The position numbers and the translations under genes were made by a program. The notes beneath the pieces were generated by a model. It saw only the letters and a list, made by a program, of their open reading frames with translations, searched no databases and was not told the DNA's origin. A stretch of DNA of 64,000 bases from Pseudomonadota bacterium (GTDB lineage: Bacteria; Pseudomonadota; Gammaproteobacteria; Steroidobacterales; Steroidobacteraceae), in the NCBI GenBank assembly GCA_043747875.1, contig JAYTOI010000037.1, positions 30 to 64,029 of the forward strand. The letters are read 5' to 3'. Shown here piece by piece: positions 15,996 to 26,076 of this stretch (position 1 is the first letter of the stretch; each line of letters starts with the position of its first letter).

Positions 15996-16700
15996 GTGAA
16001 GTCCCACTGGCCGAAGAGCGCACCCGAAGCTGCCGCTAACAAGAAGGCACCTGCCTCCGCGCTCAAGTCGGGAACCAAAAAAGTCGCAAGCAAGGCATTG
16101 GACGCGGCGGGACCCGGCATCGGCGCAGGCACTACTGCCACCGGCACGGGCGCCATCGCGTTGGCGACCGGCGCGGCCGCGGCGTCCGCCACCGGCATCG
16201 GCATCGTCGTGGTGGGCGGGCTCGCAACGCTCGGTGCGGCCGCAAAATCGGTGGTCGCCGCCAAGAGCAGTAAGGGTCACCGTGACGCGCTGGACACGAT
16301 GTACAAGCGGTACCGCGAGTACTCCTGCTTCATACCGCCGGATACCGAGGGCGACGCCGACGCGATGGCGCACGAGCGCATCGGTTCGAACGTGCTGCCG
16401 TACGCAGTCGAGCAGAAGAACCAGAAATATCACCGCAAAGCCGTTGGTGCCGTGCCAGTCCTGGGCACGGTGCCGATGGCTGCGCGTCAGCTCTATCGCG
16501 CCGTGACGAAGGAAGACAAAGGGGTATTGCGCGGGAAGATGGCGTATGAGCTTGCGGTACACCTGGTGACGCACAACTGTGCGCTGGCGCAGGCAATCGT
16601 GTCCGAGCTCTTCAGCAGCTACGAAAAGATGCTGTGGATGCTCGATCAGGACACGGACACCATCGCGCCGCTGATCGCGGAGAAGCTCAAATCGGTCTGA
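15996..16700 (+). CDS. Hypothetical protein: Lys-rich N-terminus, Gly/Ala-rich hydrophobic region, ~140-aa C-terminal domain
   Basis: ORF with GC-rich third positions; no family recognised. Confidence 0.5.
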   Translation: MKSHWPKSAPEAAANKKAPASALKSGTKKVASKALDAAGPGIGAGTTATGTGAIALATGAAAASATGIGIVVVGGLATLGAAAKSVVAAKSSKGHRDALDTMYKRYREYSCFIPPDTEGDADAMAHERIGSNVLPYAVEQKNQKYHRKAVGAVPVLGTVPMAARQLYRAVTKEDKGVLRGKMAYELAVHLVTHNCALAQAIVSELFSSYEKMLWMLDQDTDTIAPLIAEKLKSV

Positions 16701-16713
16701 TACCGCGAGTACC

Positions 16714-17232
16714 ATGACGACCGGGACACGCAAGCAGTGCATCGAACAGGGTCTGACTACCTGCCGCTTCGTGGTCGATGAAGATCCTGGCGCCAACGGG
16801 TCGGCGCCTATTTACGAGCTGCCGCTGTTCTCCGAAGTCGCGCGGCACTCGGCGGAAATCGATCGGGCGGCGCGCGAGGTGGGGGTCGACGCCCGGCTGA
16901 TCCGCGCCGTCCTGTACGTCGAGACGACGCACGGGTACTACGACGCCCCGCTCGAGCTGCTCGGGGCAAACAGATCGATCCGGCCCATGAACGTCAACGT
17001 GGCGTACTGGGGCGATGCCTTCGGCGACCGGGAGGCGCTCAGCGAGCCGGCGCACAACATCCGTGCCGGCGCGCTGATCCTGCAGCGGATTGCCGCCAAT
17101 CTACCGGCGGGCGCGGGCGTTCGCCACGTGGCCACGCTCTACAACAATCTCGATGCCGCGGCCGTATCCGACTACGGCGCGCGCGTCGAGAAGGTCTACG
17201 AAACCCGGCCCTGGGAATCCGACGTGGACTGA
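16714..17232 (+). CDS. Lytic transglycosylase (SLT/lysozyme-like) domain protein without signal peptide
   Basis: ARLIRAVLYVETTHGYYD ... RPMNVNVAYW ... HNIRAGALIL resembles SLT motifs I-III. 13 nt downstream of the previous ORF. Confidence 0.55.
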   Translation: MTTGTRKQCIEQGLTTCRFVVDEDPGANGSAPIYELPLFSEVARHSAEIDRAAREVGVDARLIRAVLYVETTHGYYDAPLELLGANRSIRPMNVNVAYWGDAFGDREALSEPAHNIRAGALILQRIAANLPAGAGVRHVATLYNNLDAAAVSDYGARVEKVYETRPWESDVD

Positions 17233-17786
17233 GGCGCCGACCAGGGCGCATCGGCGTCCACTTCGCGCCACGTGCCGGGCGCCATGGCGTTCACGCTGAT
17301 GCGGCCGATGGCGGCGCGGACCAGGCGCAGGGTCGGGAAGCCGACGCGCGCGGTCATGCGACGCACCTGGCGATTCTTGCCTTCGCGCAGCGTGAGCTCG
17401 ATCCACGCCGTCGGGATCTTCGCGCGATGGCGGATCGGCGGATCGCGCGGCCACAAGTTCTCGGGTTCGTCGATTACGCGCGCATCCGCGGGTTGCGTGG
17501 TGAAGTCGCCGAGGTTCACGCCGCTGCGCAGTTGCGCCACGGCCGTCTCGGTGGGTGCGCCTTCCACCTGCGCCCAATAGACCTTTGCGAGTTTGTGACT
17601 CGGCTCGGAAATGCGCGTTTGCAGCACACCGTCGTCCGTCAGCAGCAGCAAGCCCTCGCTGTCGGTGTCGAGGCGGCCCGCGGGATACACGTTCGGAATC
17701 GCGATGAAGTCGGCGAGCGTGGGCCGGCCCGGCTCGGGGCGGAACTTGCAGAGGACGCCGAAGGGCTTGTTGAAGGCGATCAGCAC
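17196..17786 (-). CDS. rluE: RluE/RsuA-family 23S rRNA pseudouridine synthase
   Basis: LIAFNKPFGVLC...YPAGRLDTDSEGLLLLTDDG...KVYWAQVEG...GKNRQVRRMTA. The GTG start overlaps the stop of the upstream gene. Confidence 0.8.
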   Translation of the reverse strand: MLIAFNKPFGVLCKFRPEPGRPTLADFIAIPNVYPAGRLDTDSEGLLLLTDDGVLQTRISEPSHKLAKVYWAQVEGAPTETAVAQLRSGVNLGDFTTQPADARVIDEPENLWPRDPPIRHRAKIPTAWIELTLREGKNRQVRRMTARVGFPTLRLVRAAIGRISVNAMAPGTWREVDADAPWSAPQSTSDSQGRVS

Positions 17787-19738
17787 GCTGCTCCGCCGAG
17801 GCTGCGTTCGATCAGGTCGGGTGGCACCGTGGTGCGCGGCACGGACGAAACCGTGCGACGCCGGCCGCCGTTTCGCGCTGCACGTTGGGCGCGCGCGCCG
17901 GGCCGCGCCTCGAACCACTCGCGCACGTCGGCATCGAGGCCGATGCCATGCATGTAGTTGTAGAGCGCCTTGCGCAGGCCGGCGCCTAGATAGTCGTGGT
18001 CCGTGCCGGTGGGATCGTCGAACTCGACGTCGTTGTGCGCGAACGCGATGTGCGCCGGCGGCCGCAGCGTGATGCCGAACTTCTCGGGGCGCAGCCCGAT
18101 GGGCGAGTGCGCGGTGGCGGCGAAGCGATGCCAGTACGCGGATTGGATGCAGCCGGCTGCGAACAGCTGGCGCACGCGCTCGAGCGCGTCGATGGTGTCC
18201 TGCTCGGTCTCCGTCGGGAAGCCATACATGAGATAGGCGTGCACCATGATGCCGGCGCCGGTGAACGCGCGCGTCACGCGCGCCACCTGCTCGACCGTGA
18301 CGCCTTTCTGCATGAGCTGCAGCAGACGATTCGACGCCACCTCGAGACCGCCGCTGACCGCCACGCAACCGGCGTCGGCGAGTAGTTGGCACAGCTCGGG
18401 TGTGAACGTCTTCTCGAAGCGGATGTTGCCCCACCACGTGATGCTGAGCTTCTCGGCGATGAGGCGCCTCGCCAGCGCGCGCAGTCCCGAGGGCGGCGCG
18501 GCCTCGTCGACGAAGTGAAAGCCCGTCTCACCGGTCTCATCGATGAGCGCGCGGATGCGCCGCAGCACGATGTCGGTGCTGGGCTCGTCATAGCGGCCGA
18601 TGTAGTCCAGCGACACGTCGCAGAACGAGCACTTCTTCCAGTAGCAGCCGTGCGCCAGCGTGAGCTTGTTCCAGCGGCCGTCCGACCAGAAGCGGTGCAT
18701 CGGATTCAGCATCTCCATGACGGAGACATACTGGTCGAGCGGCAGGCCGTCGTACGTCGGGATGCCGGTGTCCTTGGCCGCGAAGTCGTGCTGGGTCGCG
18801 TCGGTTTCGAGCGCGACCGCGTCGTCTTTGCGCACGTAGGTGCGCACCAGCGGCGCGGCGCGCCCGGTGAGACGCGTGAGGAGATTGAGCAACGGCCGCT
18901 CGCCGTCGTCGAGCGTGACGTAGTCGAAGTAGTCGAACACCCGTGGATCGCGCAGCGAGCGCAGCTCGGTGTTGACCCAGCCGCCGCCGAGCACCAGCGT
19001 GGTGCCGGGCGCGGCGGCGCGGATGGCGCGCGCCATGCGGAAGGCGCCGTAGACGTTGCCGGGGAACGGCGCGGTCAGGGCGACGACGTCGGGTAGTTTG
19101 GACGCGAGCAGCTCCGCGGTGATGCCGTCGAGGGTCTCGTCGACGATGGTCGGTGCGCCCGTCAACGCCTCGTGCAGCGGGTCGAAGGTCGCGGCGCTGG
19201 CGGCCAGCCGCTCGCCGTAACGCGCGAGCTCGAAGCGCGGGTCGATGCCGAGACGCCACACGTCCGCGAGGTCGTCGACGTACAGACTAGCTAGATAGCG
19301 GGCCTGCTCGGTGGTGCCCAGTGTCCCGAAGGCGGACTGCAGCGATTCGTCGAAGGCGTGCTCGAAGCGCGGGCCTTCGGGCAGGAAGGCGCGCCCCACG
19401 ATGCGAAACGCCAGGCTGGGGTCGCGCCGCTGCAGGAAGCGGATCGCGGGCGCCACCGTGTCGACATAACGCCCGGCGTGCGCGAGGAAGTGCGCGATGG
19501 GTGGTGGAACGGGTGTGTGTTTGCCGGCCTTTTTCGCACGGGCCCGCAGCTCTTCGGCCATGCGCGCCAGCAGCGGTGCGGAGAACAGGCGCAGAAACAG
19601 TGCGATGGATGCGTCGGCTTGCATCACCGTGAGGCCGAGATCCACCGCGTGCAAGCGCAGGAAACCGGTGAGATACGCCGTCGCGGGGTAGGGCGTATTC
19701 AATTGGATCATCGGGGGCGTGACGAGCAGGACGCGCAT
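17780..19738 (-). CDS. B12-binding domain radical SAM protein
   Basis: N-terminal MRVLLVTPP B12-binding-like fold, Cys cluster GCYWKKCSFC, 652 aa. Confidence 0.7.
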   Translation of the reverse strand: MRVLLVTPPMIQLNTPYPATAYLTGFLRLHAVDLGLTVMQADASIALFLRLFSAPLLARMAEELRARAKKAGKHTPVPPPIAHFLAHAGRYVDTVAPAIRFLQRRDPSLAFRIVGRAFLPEGPRFEHAFDESLQSAFGTLGTTEQARYLASLYVDDLADVWRLGIDPRFELARYGERLAASAATFDPLHEALTGAPTIVDETLDGITAELLASKLPDVVALTAPFPGNVYGAFRMARAIRAAAPGTTLVLGGGWVNTELRSLRDPRVFDYFDYVTLDDGERPLLNLLTRLTGRAAPLVRTYVRKDDAVALETDATQHDFAAKDTGIPTYDGLPLDQYVSVMEMLNPMHRFWSDGRWNKLTLAHGCYWKKCSFCDVSLDYIGRYDEPSTDIVLRRIRALIDETGETGFHFVDEAAPPSGLRALARRLIAEKLSITWWGNIRFEKTFTPELCQLLADAGCVAVSGGLEVASNRLLQLMQKGVTVEQVARVTRAFTGAGIMVHAYLMYGFPTETEQDTIDALERVRQLFAAGCIQSAYWHRFAATAHSPIGLRPEKFGITLRPPAHIAFAHNDVEFDDPTGTDHDYLGAGLRKALYNYMHGIGLDADVREWFEARPGARAQRAARNGGRRRTVSSVPRTTVPPDLIERSLGGAAC

Positions 19739-19916
19739 GCATTACGACCTGGTACGGCCCTGCGGTCTGCTGCCCGGCGTCGGCAGCCCCTTGATACGCG
19801 GCTTCATTGCGCCGCATCGTACCCGTTCTGGGCGCGCGGGCGAGGCCGGCCCGCCCGGGATTTCGGCGCTACACGTCAGTGCCGGCGTCACCGACTCAAT
19901 TACGTATGATCGCCTC

Positions 19917-20261
19917 GTGAAAGCCTTTTACCTCGTCTGCGCCATTGCGGGTGCCGTGCTGCCGTACAGTCAATTCGTCCCGTGGCTCGGCACGCATGGG
20001 CCGGATTTGCGGCTGTTCGTGCTCGAACTGTTCTCCACGCGCATCGGCGCGTTTTTCGGACTGGATGTCCTGGTCTGCGCGGCCGTCGTGGTGGCCCTCA
20101 TATGGACCGAAGGACGACGCCTGCGCATGACGGGCCTGTGGTTGCCGACCATCGCAACATGCCTGGTCGGGGTGTCGTGCGGACTACCGCTCTTCCTGTT
20201 CATGCGCGAGCGGCATGCGATGGCCCCTAACAATCTTCCGGAACGCGCGGGTGCGGCCTGA
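19917..20261 (+). CDS. DUF2834-like small membrane protein
   Basis: AGAVLPYSQFVPWLGTHG.DLRLFVLELF... with 3-4 TM; GTG start chosen within a longer ORF. Confidence 0.5.
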   Translation: MKAFYLVCAIAGAVLPYSQFVPWLGTHGPDLRLFVLELFSTRIGAFFGLDVLVCAAVVVALIWTEGRRLRMTGLWLPTIATCLVGVSCGLPLFLFMRERHAMAPNNLPERAGAA

Positions 20262-20293
20262 ACCGCCGGGCTGCAGCAGCTCATAGGAAACCC

Positions 20294-20650
20294 ATGGATA
20301 CGTCAGCGCTCGTCATCGGTCACACGTATTACCGCCTCACGTTCGCGGATGCCGATCTCACGATGCCGGGCGTCGAGCCCCTGGTCTTTCTCGGCGAGGC
20401 GATGGACGAGGGCGGGGCGCGCGGATTCGTGTTCCAGGACACGGTCTCCTACGTGCGCTACGGCTCCGGCCTCGAAGGGGAGGACCAGCCCGAAGAGATC
20501 GCGCTCTTCTTCATGTCCGAAGAGGATGCGCAATCGGTGGCCGACATCGGCAAACTCGCTGCCGAGGTGGCGCAGGCGGCGCATCGGGCCGCGTCGCTGA
20601 ACTTCCCCGTGTTACCCGTGCTGCGCGACCGGTGGGAAAGCGGTTCCTGA
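20294..20650 (+). CDS. Hypothetical acidic protein
   Basis: ORF with coding-like codon usage; no family recognised. Confidence 0.45.
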   Translation: MDTSALVIGHTYYRLTFADADLTMPGVEPLVFLGEAMDEGGARGFVFQDTVSYVRYGSGLEGEDQPEEIALFFMSEEDAQSVADIGKLAAEVAQAAHRAASLNFPVLPVLRDRWESGS

Positions 20651-20789
20651 ACTCGTTCTGAATCCTGTTCCGCCACTGCCAAGACAGCTATTCGACCGAC
20701 CTCACGAGGGAGACGGGCGCGGCGCCGGGCGAGGTGTTGCAGACGTCGTCGATCCGCTAAATTTGGAAAGATTTCATTGGAGGAGTTCG

Positions 20790-21203
20790 ATGCATCTGCG
20801 CATGTTGTTCTCGATCGCGACCTTGCTGCTGCTCTGCGCCTGCGTTCCCTATCGCCTGACGGAACGCCCCGCGATGAGTGGTATGGCAATCGCCGATCCC
20901 GGGCGCGAGCCGATAGCCGGCGCCGCGGTCAGGCTGTCGCTCGCGCGCCAAGGCAAGGTGTTCGAGGCGCACGACCTCACTACCGATCGCAAGGGCCGCT
21001 TCACGCTCGTGCGTCAAACCTCCTGGAGTTTCTGGGATCAGTCCGAGTGGACCGGGTACACGGTGAAAGTCGAGATCCGCGCGTCGGGCTATCGAACGGA
21101 AAAGCGGGAGATCCGCTGGCTCGATTCCGGGCCACCGATCCTCAAGTTCGGGGCCGTGCCCATGAAACTCCTGGGCGATGCGGCGCAGCCCGCCACGCAG
21201 TGA
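20790..21203 (+). CDS. Lipoprotein with carboxypeptidase-regulatory-like beta domain
   Basis: GGAGG Shine-Dalgarno, lipobox LLLCAC, PIAGAAVRL...TTDRKGRFTL. Confidence 0.55.
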   Translation: MHLRMLFSIATLLLLCACVPYRLTERPAMSGMAIADPGREPIAGAAVRLSLARQGKVFEAHDLTTDRKGRFTLVRQTSWSFWDQSEWTGYTVKVEIRASGYRTEKREIRWLDSGPPILKFGAVPMKLLGDAAQPATQ

Positions 21204-21228
21204 GCCGTGGCTTGCCGAGCCGACAGCC

Positions 21229-21672
21229 ATGCGCACGTCCACCAAACTACCGGGCAAAGGCGCGACGTACCTCATCAAGGCCGGGATTCGCGATGTGCGC
21301 GCCAGACAATTCGCGTTCGATCGCCAGAAGACGATGTACGGCGGGCGGCGCATTGCCGCGGGCGACATCCTCTACATCTTCGCCAGCGAGAACGAGGGCG
21401 GACCGGGACTCATCGCGCGCGGCGTCGTCACTTCGGCGCGGCCCACTCCGAAGAAGCCTGGCGTGGCGCGGCAGACGCCGCGCGTCAGCATCGTCGTCGA
21501 GCGCACAGCGCGCGCGAAGCGCCGCTTCGGACGCGCCGAGCTCGAGCCTTTCTCGGAATGGAAAGATGACCGGCCCGAGACGGAGCTCAACTTCAAGTTC
21601 TACCGCCAGGCGACCAACAAGATCGGCGGCATCTCAGTCGAGGCCGCGCGATTTCTGAGCGCGTTCTTCTGA
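21229..21672 (+). CDS. Hypothetical protein
   Basis: ORF downstream of the lipoprotein gene; no family recognised. Confidence 0.45.
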   Translation: MRTSTKLPGKGATYLIKAGIRDVRARQFAFDRQKTMYGGRRIAAGDILYIFASENEGGPGLIARGVVTSARPTPKKPGVARQTPRVSIVVERTARAKRRFGRAELEPFSEWKDDRPETELNFKFYRQATNKIGGISVEAARFLSAFF

Positions 21673-21833
21673 CTGCGGCCGAAGCTCCAGGCGGATGTAC
21701 CCGCGCGATACCGCCCGGCAGGCCACCGCGCGGGTGCCGGCGCCCCGGACGAGACGGCCGTGACCGAACAGGCGGCGCTCCGGTAAACTCGCGGCATTCC
21801 ATTCCCGCGCCCGGCCTCGCGCCAGCGCCGCCC

Positions 21834-24800
21834 ATGAATTCCCCGGACTCCGCACCGCCACTCCCGATCGACACCTGCCTGCGCCGCGACCAACATCGCC
21901 TGCGGCGCGAGCGCGATCGCCTGCGCGCGGAGAAGCTGCGCGGCAACGACATCGCCGCCGCGGAAGCCGGGTTGGCCGCGAAGGTCGCGGCTTCCACCGC
22001 GAAGCGCGCCGCGCGAGCCGCGAGCGTCCCCAAGTTGACTTACCCGGAGTTGCCGATCTCCGAGAATCGCGACGAGATCCGCCGCGCCATCGAGCAAAAT
22101 CCCGTCGTCATCGTCTGTGGCGAAACCGGCTCGGGCAAGACGACGCAGTTGCCGAAGATATGCCTCGAGGCGGGACGCGGAGTCGCGGGCATCATCGGGC
22201 ACACCCAGCCGCGGCGCATCGCCGCACGCGCGGTCGGCGCGCGCATCGCGGAGGAGTTAGGCACGCCGCTCGGACAGCTGGTCGGCTACAAGCTGCGCTT
22301 CCAGGATCGCAGCCGCCCGGAGGGGCTGATCAAGCTCATGACGGACGGCATCCTGCTGGCCGAGACGCAGGGCGACCGCTTCCTCGACGCGTACGACACC
22401 ATCATCGTCGACGAGGCGCACGAGCGTTCGCTCAACATCGACTTCCTGCTCGGCTATCTCAAGTGGCTGCTGCCGAAGCGTCCCGACCTCAAACTAGTCA
22501 TCACGTCTGCGACCATCGATCCGGAGCGCTTCTCCAAGCACTTCGGCGACGCGCCCATCATCAACGTGTCCGGACGCAGTTATCCGGTGGAAATGCGCTA
22601 TCGGGCCGTCGAGCTCGACGAAGACGACGAGACCGCCGTCGACGAGCAGGCCGCCATTCTTTCTGCCGTCGATGAGCTGTGGCGCGAACAGGCGGGCGAC
22701 ATCCTGGTGTTCCTGAGCGGCGAGCGCGAGATCCGTGAGACCGCGGAGTCGCTGCGCAAGCATCATCCGCAGGGTTGTGAGGTGTTGCCGCTCTACTCGC
22801 GGCTCTCGCAGGACGAGCAGCAGCGCGTGTTCAAGCCCGCGGGCCGGCGCCGCGTCGTGCTCGCGACCAATGTTGCCGAAACCTCACTTACCGTCCCCGG
22901 CATCCGCGCGGTCATCGACACGGGCGTCGCGCGCATCAGCCGCTACAGCCATCGCAGCCGGCTGCAGCGCCTGCCCATCGAGAAGATATCGCGGGCGTCG
23001 GCCAATCAGCGCGCGGGTCGCTGCGGCCGTGTCGCGCCGGGCATCGCGATCCGGCTGTACTCCGAGGAGGATTTCCTGGCGCGGCCGGAGTTTACGGAGC
23101 CGGAGATCCAGCGCACGAATCTCGCCGCGGTCATCCTGCAGATGCACGCGCTGAAGCTCGGCGACATCGAGGCGTTTCCGTTCGTCGAGCCGCCCGACGG
23201 GCGCTATGTCCGGGATGGTCAGCGGACCTTGCGCGAGCTCGGCGCGCTTTCATCGGAGGCAGGGGCCGGCGAAGGCGTGCTCACGGACATCGGCCGGCGG
23301 CTCGCCAAACTACCGCTGGACCCGAAGCTCGGACGCATGTTGTTGGCAGCGGAGCACTGCCTCGAAGAGGTCTCGATCATCGCCTCTGCGCTGTCCGTGC
23401 CCGATCCGCGCGATCGCCCCGCGGACAAGCAAACCCAGGCCGACCAGAAACACGCACCATTCCGCGACGAGCAGTCGGATTTCCTCTCACTGCTCAAGCT
23501 GTGGCGCGCGTGGAACGAGCAGCGCGAGCAGTTGTCGCGCGCCAAGCTGCGTGCATGGTGCAAGGAGAATTTCCTCTCCTATCTACGGCTCATCGAGTGG
23601 CACGACGTGCACGGGCAGGTCATGGAGGTCGTCAAAGGCGAGCTGCGGCTCCCGATCGATCCGAAGCCCGCGGACTATGCAGCCATCCACCGTGCGCTGC
23701 TGACGGGCCTGCTGTCGCAGGTGGCGGAGCGCCGCGAGCAGGGCGAATATCTCGGCGCCAATGGCACGAAGCTCGCGATCCACCCGGGCTCCGGGCAGTT
23801 TCGGGCCCGCCCGGCGTGGATGGTGAGCGCCGAGCAGGTCCAGACTACCAAGGTCTACGCGCGCACTGTCGCGCGCATCGACCCGCGTTGGGTCGAAGAC
23901 GTCGGCGCGCACGTCATCAAGCGCCAGCACTACGATCCGCATTGGGAGCGGCGCGCGGCGCGCGCGGCCATCTACGAGCGCACTACTTTGTTTGGGTTGA
24001 CGCTGTCTTCGGATCGCAGCGTTCCGTACGAGCAGGTCGATGCCAAGGCGGCGCGCGAGATGTTCATCCGTCACGCGCTGGTGCTCATGGAATACGATTC
24101 GCGCGCGCCGTTCTTCGCGCACAACCTCAAGCTGCTGGAAGACACCGAATACCTGCAGCAGAAGGGGCGGCGCGTAGACCTGCTGGGCGACGAGCAGCAG
24201 CTCTATGAATTCTTCGATGCACGCGTGCCGGCGGGCATCTCGACGGGCGCGGCCTTCGAGAAGTGGCGACGCGTCGCCGAGGCGGAAGACCCGAAGGTCC
24301 TGTGGCTCAGCGCAAAGGATATTGCACCCGGCGACGCCGAGCTCGATGCCGAGCGCTTCCCCGATCACTTGTCGGCCGGGCCGTTGGTCGTGCAGCTGCG
24401 GTATCGCTTCGAGCCGGGCAACGAGGACGACGGCGTTTCCGCGCACATTCCGCTGCACGTGCTGAACCAGCTGCCGGACGAACCGTTCGAATGGCTGGTA
24501 CCGGGGCTGTTCGAAGAAAAGATAGAGGCGCTGATCCGCTCGCTGCCGAAGAACTTGCGCGTGCATTTCGTGCCGGTGCCGGAGGCGGCGGGCAAGGTGC
24601 TGCCGCTGCTCGAGCCCGGGCGCGGTTCTCTGCACGCGCAACTCGCCGCCGCGCTGCTGCGTACCGGCGGCGTGCCCGTGCCGCGCGATGCATTTCGCGA
24701 GGACGTGTTGCCGCCGCATCTGCGCATGAATTTTCTGTTGCTCGACGACGCGGCCAAGGTGATCGCGCGCTCGCGCAGCCTCGGCAGCTTGCGCGAGCGT

Positions 24801-25733
24801 CACGCCGGCGCCTCGCAGCAGGACTACGCCAAACAATCGCACCTCACTACCGGTGCGCGTGCCTGGGATTTCGGCGAGATTCCCGAGCGGCAGGAAGTCG
24901 GCCCGGCGGGCCGCAGGCAGATCGGCCATCCCGCCCTCTTCGACGAGGGGGACAGTGTGGGGTTGCGCGCCTACGCCACGCCATACGAGGCGCGCATGAG
25001 CCACGAGCGCGGCAGCGCGCGATTGCTGCGGCTGGTCATGGCGCGCGATCTCAAAACACTGCGTCGCGACCTGGCCGTCACCGTGCAGGGCGAGATGGTC
25101 TACCGGGCGCTCGGCCCGCATCCGCTGCTGAATCCCGACCTGCTCGCCGGCCGCGACCTGCGGGAAGACCTGCTCGATCGCATCGTGATGACCGTGTTCC
25201 TGGACGGGCAGGCGCCGCTGCGCGAGAGCGCGGCTTTCGAGGCGCGCATCGCGGAGCGGCGCAGCGGCATCGGGCTGCCCGCGCAGGAGATCTCCCGCGC
25301 GGTACAGGGCGCACTGGAACGGCTGGCCCGCATTCATACCGCACTCGCGAAGGCGCCGGCGCCGGCGGCCGCGGACATAAGGTCGCAGCTCTCCTGGCTG
25401 GTGCCGGCCGGGTTCCTCCTAACAACGCCGTGGCCGCGGCTGTTGGAGTTCGGACGCTATCTACAGGCAGTCGAGCAGCGGCTCGAGAAGGCGGGCCGGG
25501 ATCCGCGGCGCGAGGCGCAATTGACGGCCGAGATCGCGCCGCTCGAGGCCCGTTACCGCGCCCGCGTGAAGGCCGAGCGCGGAATGAAGCCGCCCGGCGA
25601 GGACGAGTACCGCTGGCTGCTGGAAGAGCTGCGGGTGTCGCTGTTCGCGCAGCAGCTCAAGACGCGGGTCCCCGTGTCCGCACGGCGCCTGGAAGATGCC
25701 TGGGCCGAGCGGGAGCGCATGCAGTTGACTTAA
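21834..25733 (+). CDS. hrpA: ATP-dependent RNA helicase HrpA (DEAH-box)
   Basis: GETGSGKTTQLPK, DEAHERS, SATID, QRAGRCGR, 1299 aa. Confidence 0.92.
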   Translation: MNSPDSAPPLPIDTCLRRDQHRLRRERDRLRAEKLRGNDIAAAEAGLAAKVAASTAKRAARAASVPKLTYPELPISENRDEIRRAIEQNPVVIVCGETGSGKTTQLPKICLEAGRGVAGIIGHTQPRRIAARAVGARIAEELGTPLGQLVGYKLRFQDRSRPEGLIKLMTDGILLAETQGDRFLDAYDTIIVDEAHERSLNIDFLLGYLKWLLPKRPDLKLVITSATIDPERFSKHFGDAPIINVSGRSYPVEMRYRAVELDEDDETAVDEQAAILSAVDELWREQAGDILVFLSGEREIRETAESLRKHHPQGCEVLPLYSRLSQDEQQRVFKPAGRRRVVLATNVAETSLTVPGIRAVIDTGVARISRYSHRSRLQRLPIEKISRASANQRAGRCGRVAPGIAIRLYSEEDFLARPEFTEPEIQRTNLAAVILQMHALKLGDIEAFPFVEPPDGRYVRDGQRTLRELGALSSEAGAGEGVLTDIGRRLAKLPLDPKLGRMLLAAEHCLEEVSIIASALSVPDPRDRPADKQTQADQKHAPFRDEQSDFLSLLKLWRAWNEQREQLSRAKLRAWCKENFLSYLRLIEWHDVHGQVMEVVKGELRLPIDPKPADYAAIHRALLTGLLSQVAERREQGEYLGANGTKLAIHPGSGQFRARPAWMVSAEQVQTTKVYARTVARIDPRWVEDVGAHVIKRQHYDPHWERRAARAAIYERTTLFGLTLSSDRSVPYEQVDAKAAREMFIRHALVLMEYDSRAPFFAHNLKLLEDTEYLQQKGRRVDLLGDEQQLYEFFDARVPAGISTGAAFEKWRRVAEAEDPKVLWLSAKDIAPGDAELDAERFPDHLSAGPLVVQLRYRFEPGNEDDGVSAHIPLHVLNQLPDEPFEWLVPGLFEEKIEALIRSLPKNLRVHFVPVPEAAGKVLPLLEPGRGSLHAQLAAALLRTGGVPVPRDAFREDVLPPHLRMNFLLLDDAAKVIARSRSLGSLRERHAGASQQDYAKQSHLTTGARAWDFGEIPERQEVGPAGRRQIGHPALFDEGDSVGLRAYATPYEARMSHERGSARLLRLVMARDLKTLRRDLAVTVQGEMVYRALGPHPLLNPDLLAGRDLREDLLDRIVMTVFLDGQAPLRESAAFEARIAERRSGIGLPAQEISRAVQGALERLARIHTALAKAPAPAAADIRSQLSWLVPAGFLLTTPWPRLLEFGRYLQAVEQRLEKAGRDPRREAQLTAEIAPLEARYRARVKAERGMKPPGEDEYRWLLEELRVSLFAQQLKTRVPVSARRLEDAWAERERMQLT

Positions 25734-25811
25734 CGGGCGGGCCGGGTCGCGGTCGGGAGACGCGTGCGCATCTATCGGAAGCGCGGCGATCCGGCGATAC
25801 TGCCCGCCAGC

Positions 25812-26075
25812 ATGCGTGAACACGAGATCAACCAGCGGATGGAAGGCGCCCTGCGCGACCCATTCCCCGCGAAGGCATTGGCCAGCCTTGCCAGGTCGCT
25901 GAAGACCGAAGGCATGTCGCAGCTCGAGATGTACCGGTTCTTCGACGACTTCCGCGACCGTCACGAGATCGGCATCGCCGAGGACGTCTACGACGCGATC
26001 CTCGAAGCCATGGACCTGATCTCCGGCTGGTGCGCTCCGGGAGCGCAGATCTTCGGCGCGAACCTGCGCGTGTAG
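25812..26075 (+). CDS. Hypothetical small protein (possible relic cassette ORF)
   Basis: ORF directly followed by an attC-like relic; start uncertain (GTG 25764 or ATG 25812). Confidence 0.4.
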   Translation: MREHEINQRMEGALRDPFPAKALASLARSLKTEGMSQLEMYRFFDDFRDRHEIGIAEDVYDAILEAMDLISGWCAPGAQIFGANLRV

Positions 26076-26076
26076 T

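Noticed and set aside
20225-20288. Possible short attC-like element at the end of the DUF2834 gene (cctaacaatcttccggaacgcgcgg...gcagcagctcatagg).
   Set aside because: Only the cctaacaa start and a cagctca..tagg end resemble the consensus. The middle is unrelated and I could not draw a convincing hairpin. It is worth a covariance-model scan but too weak to call.
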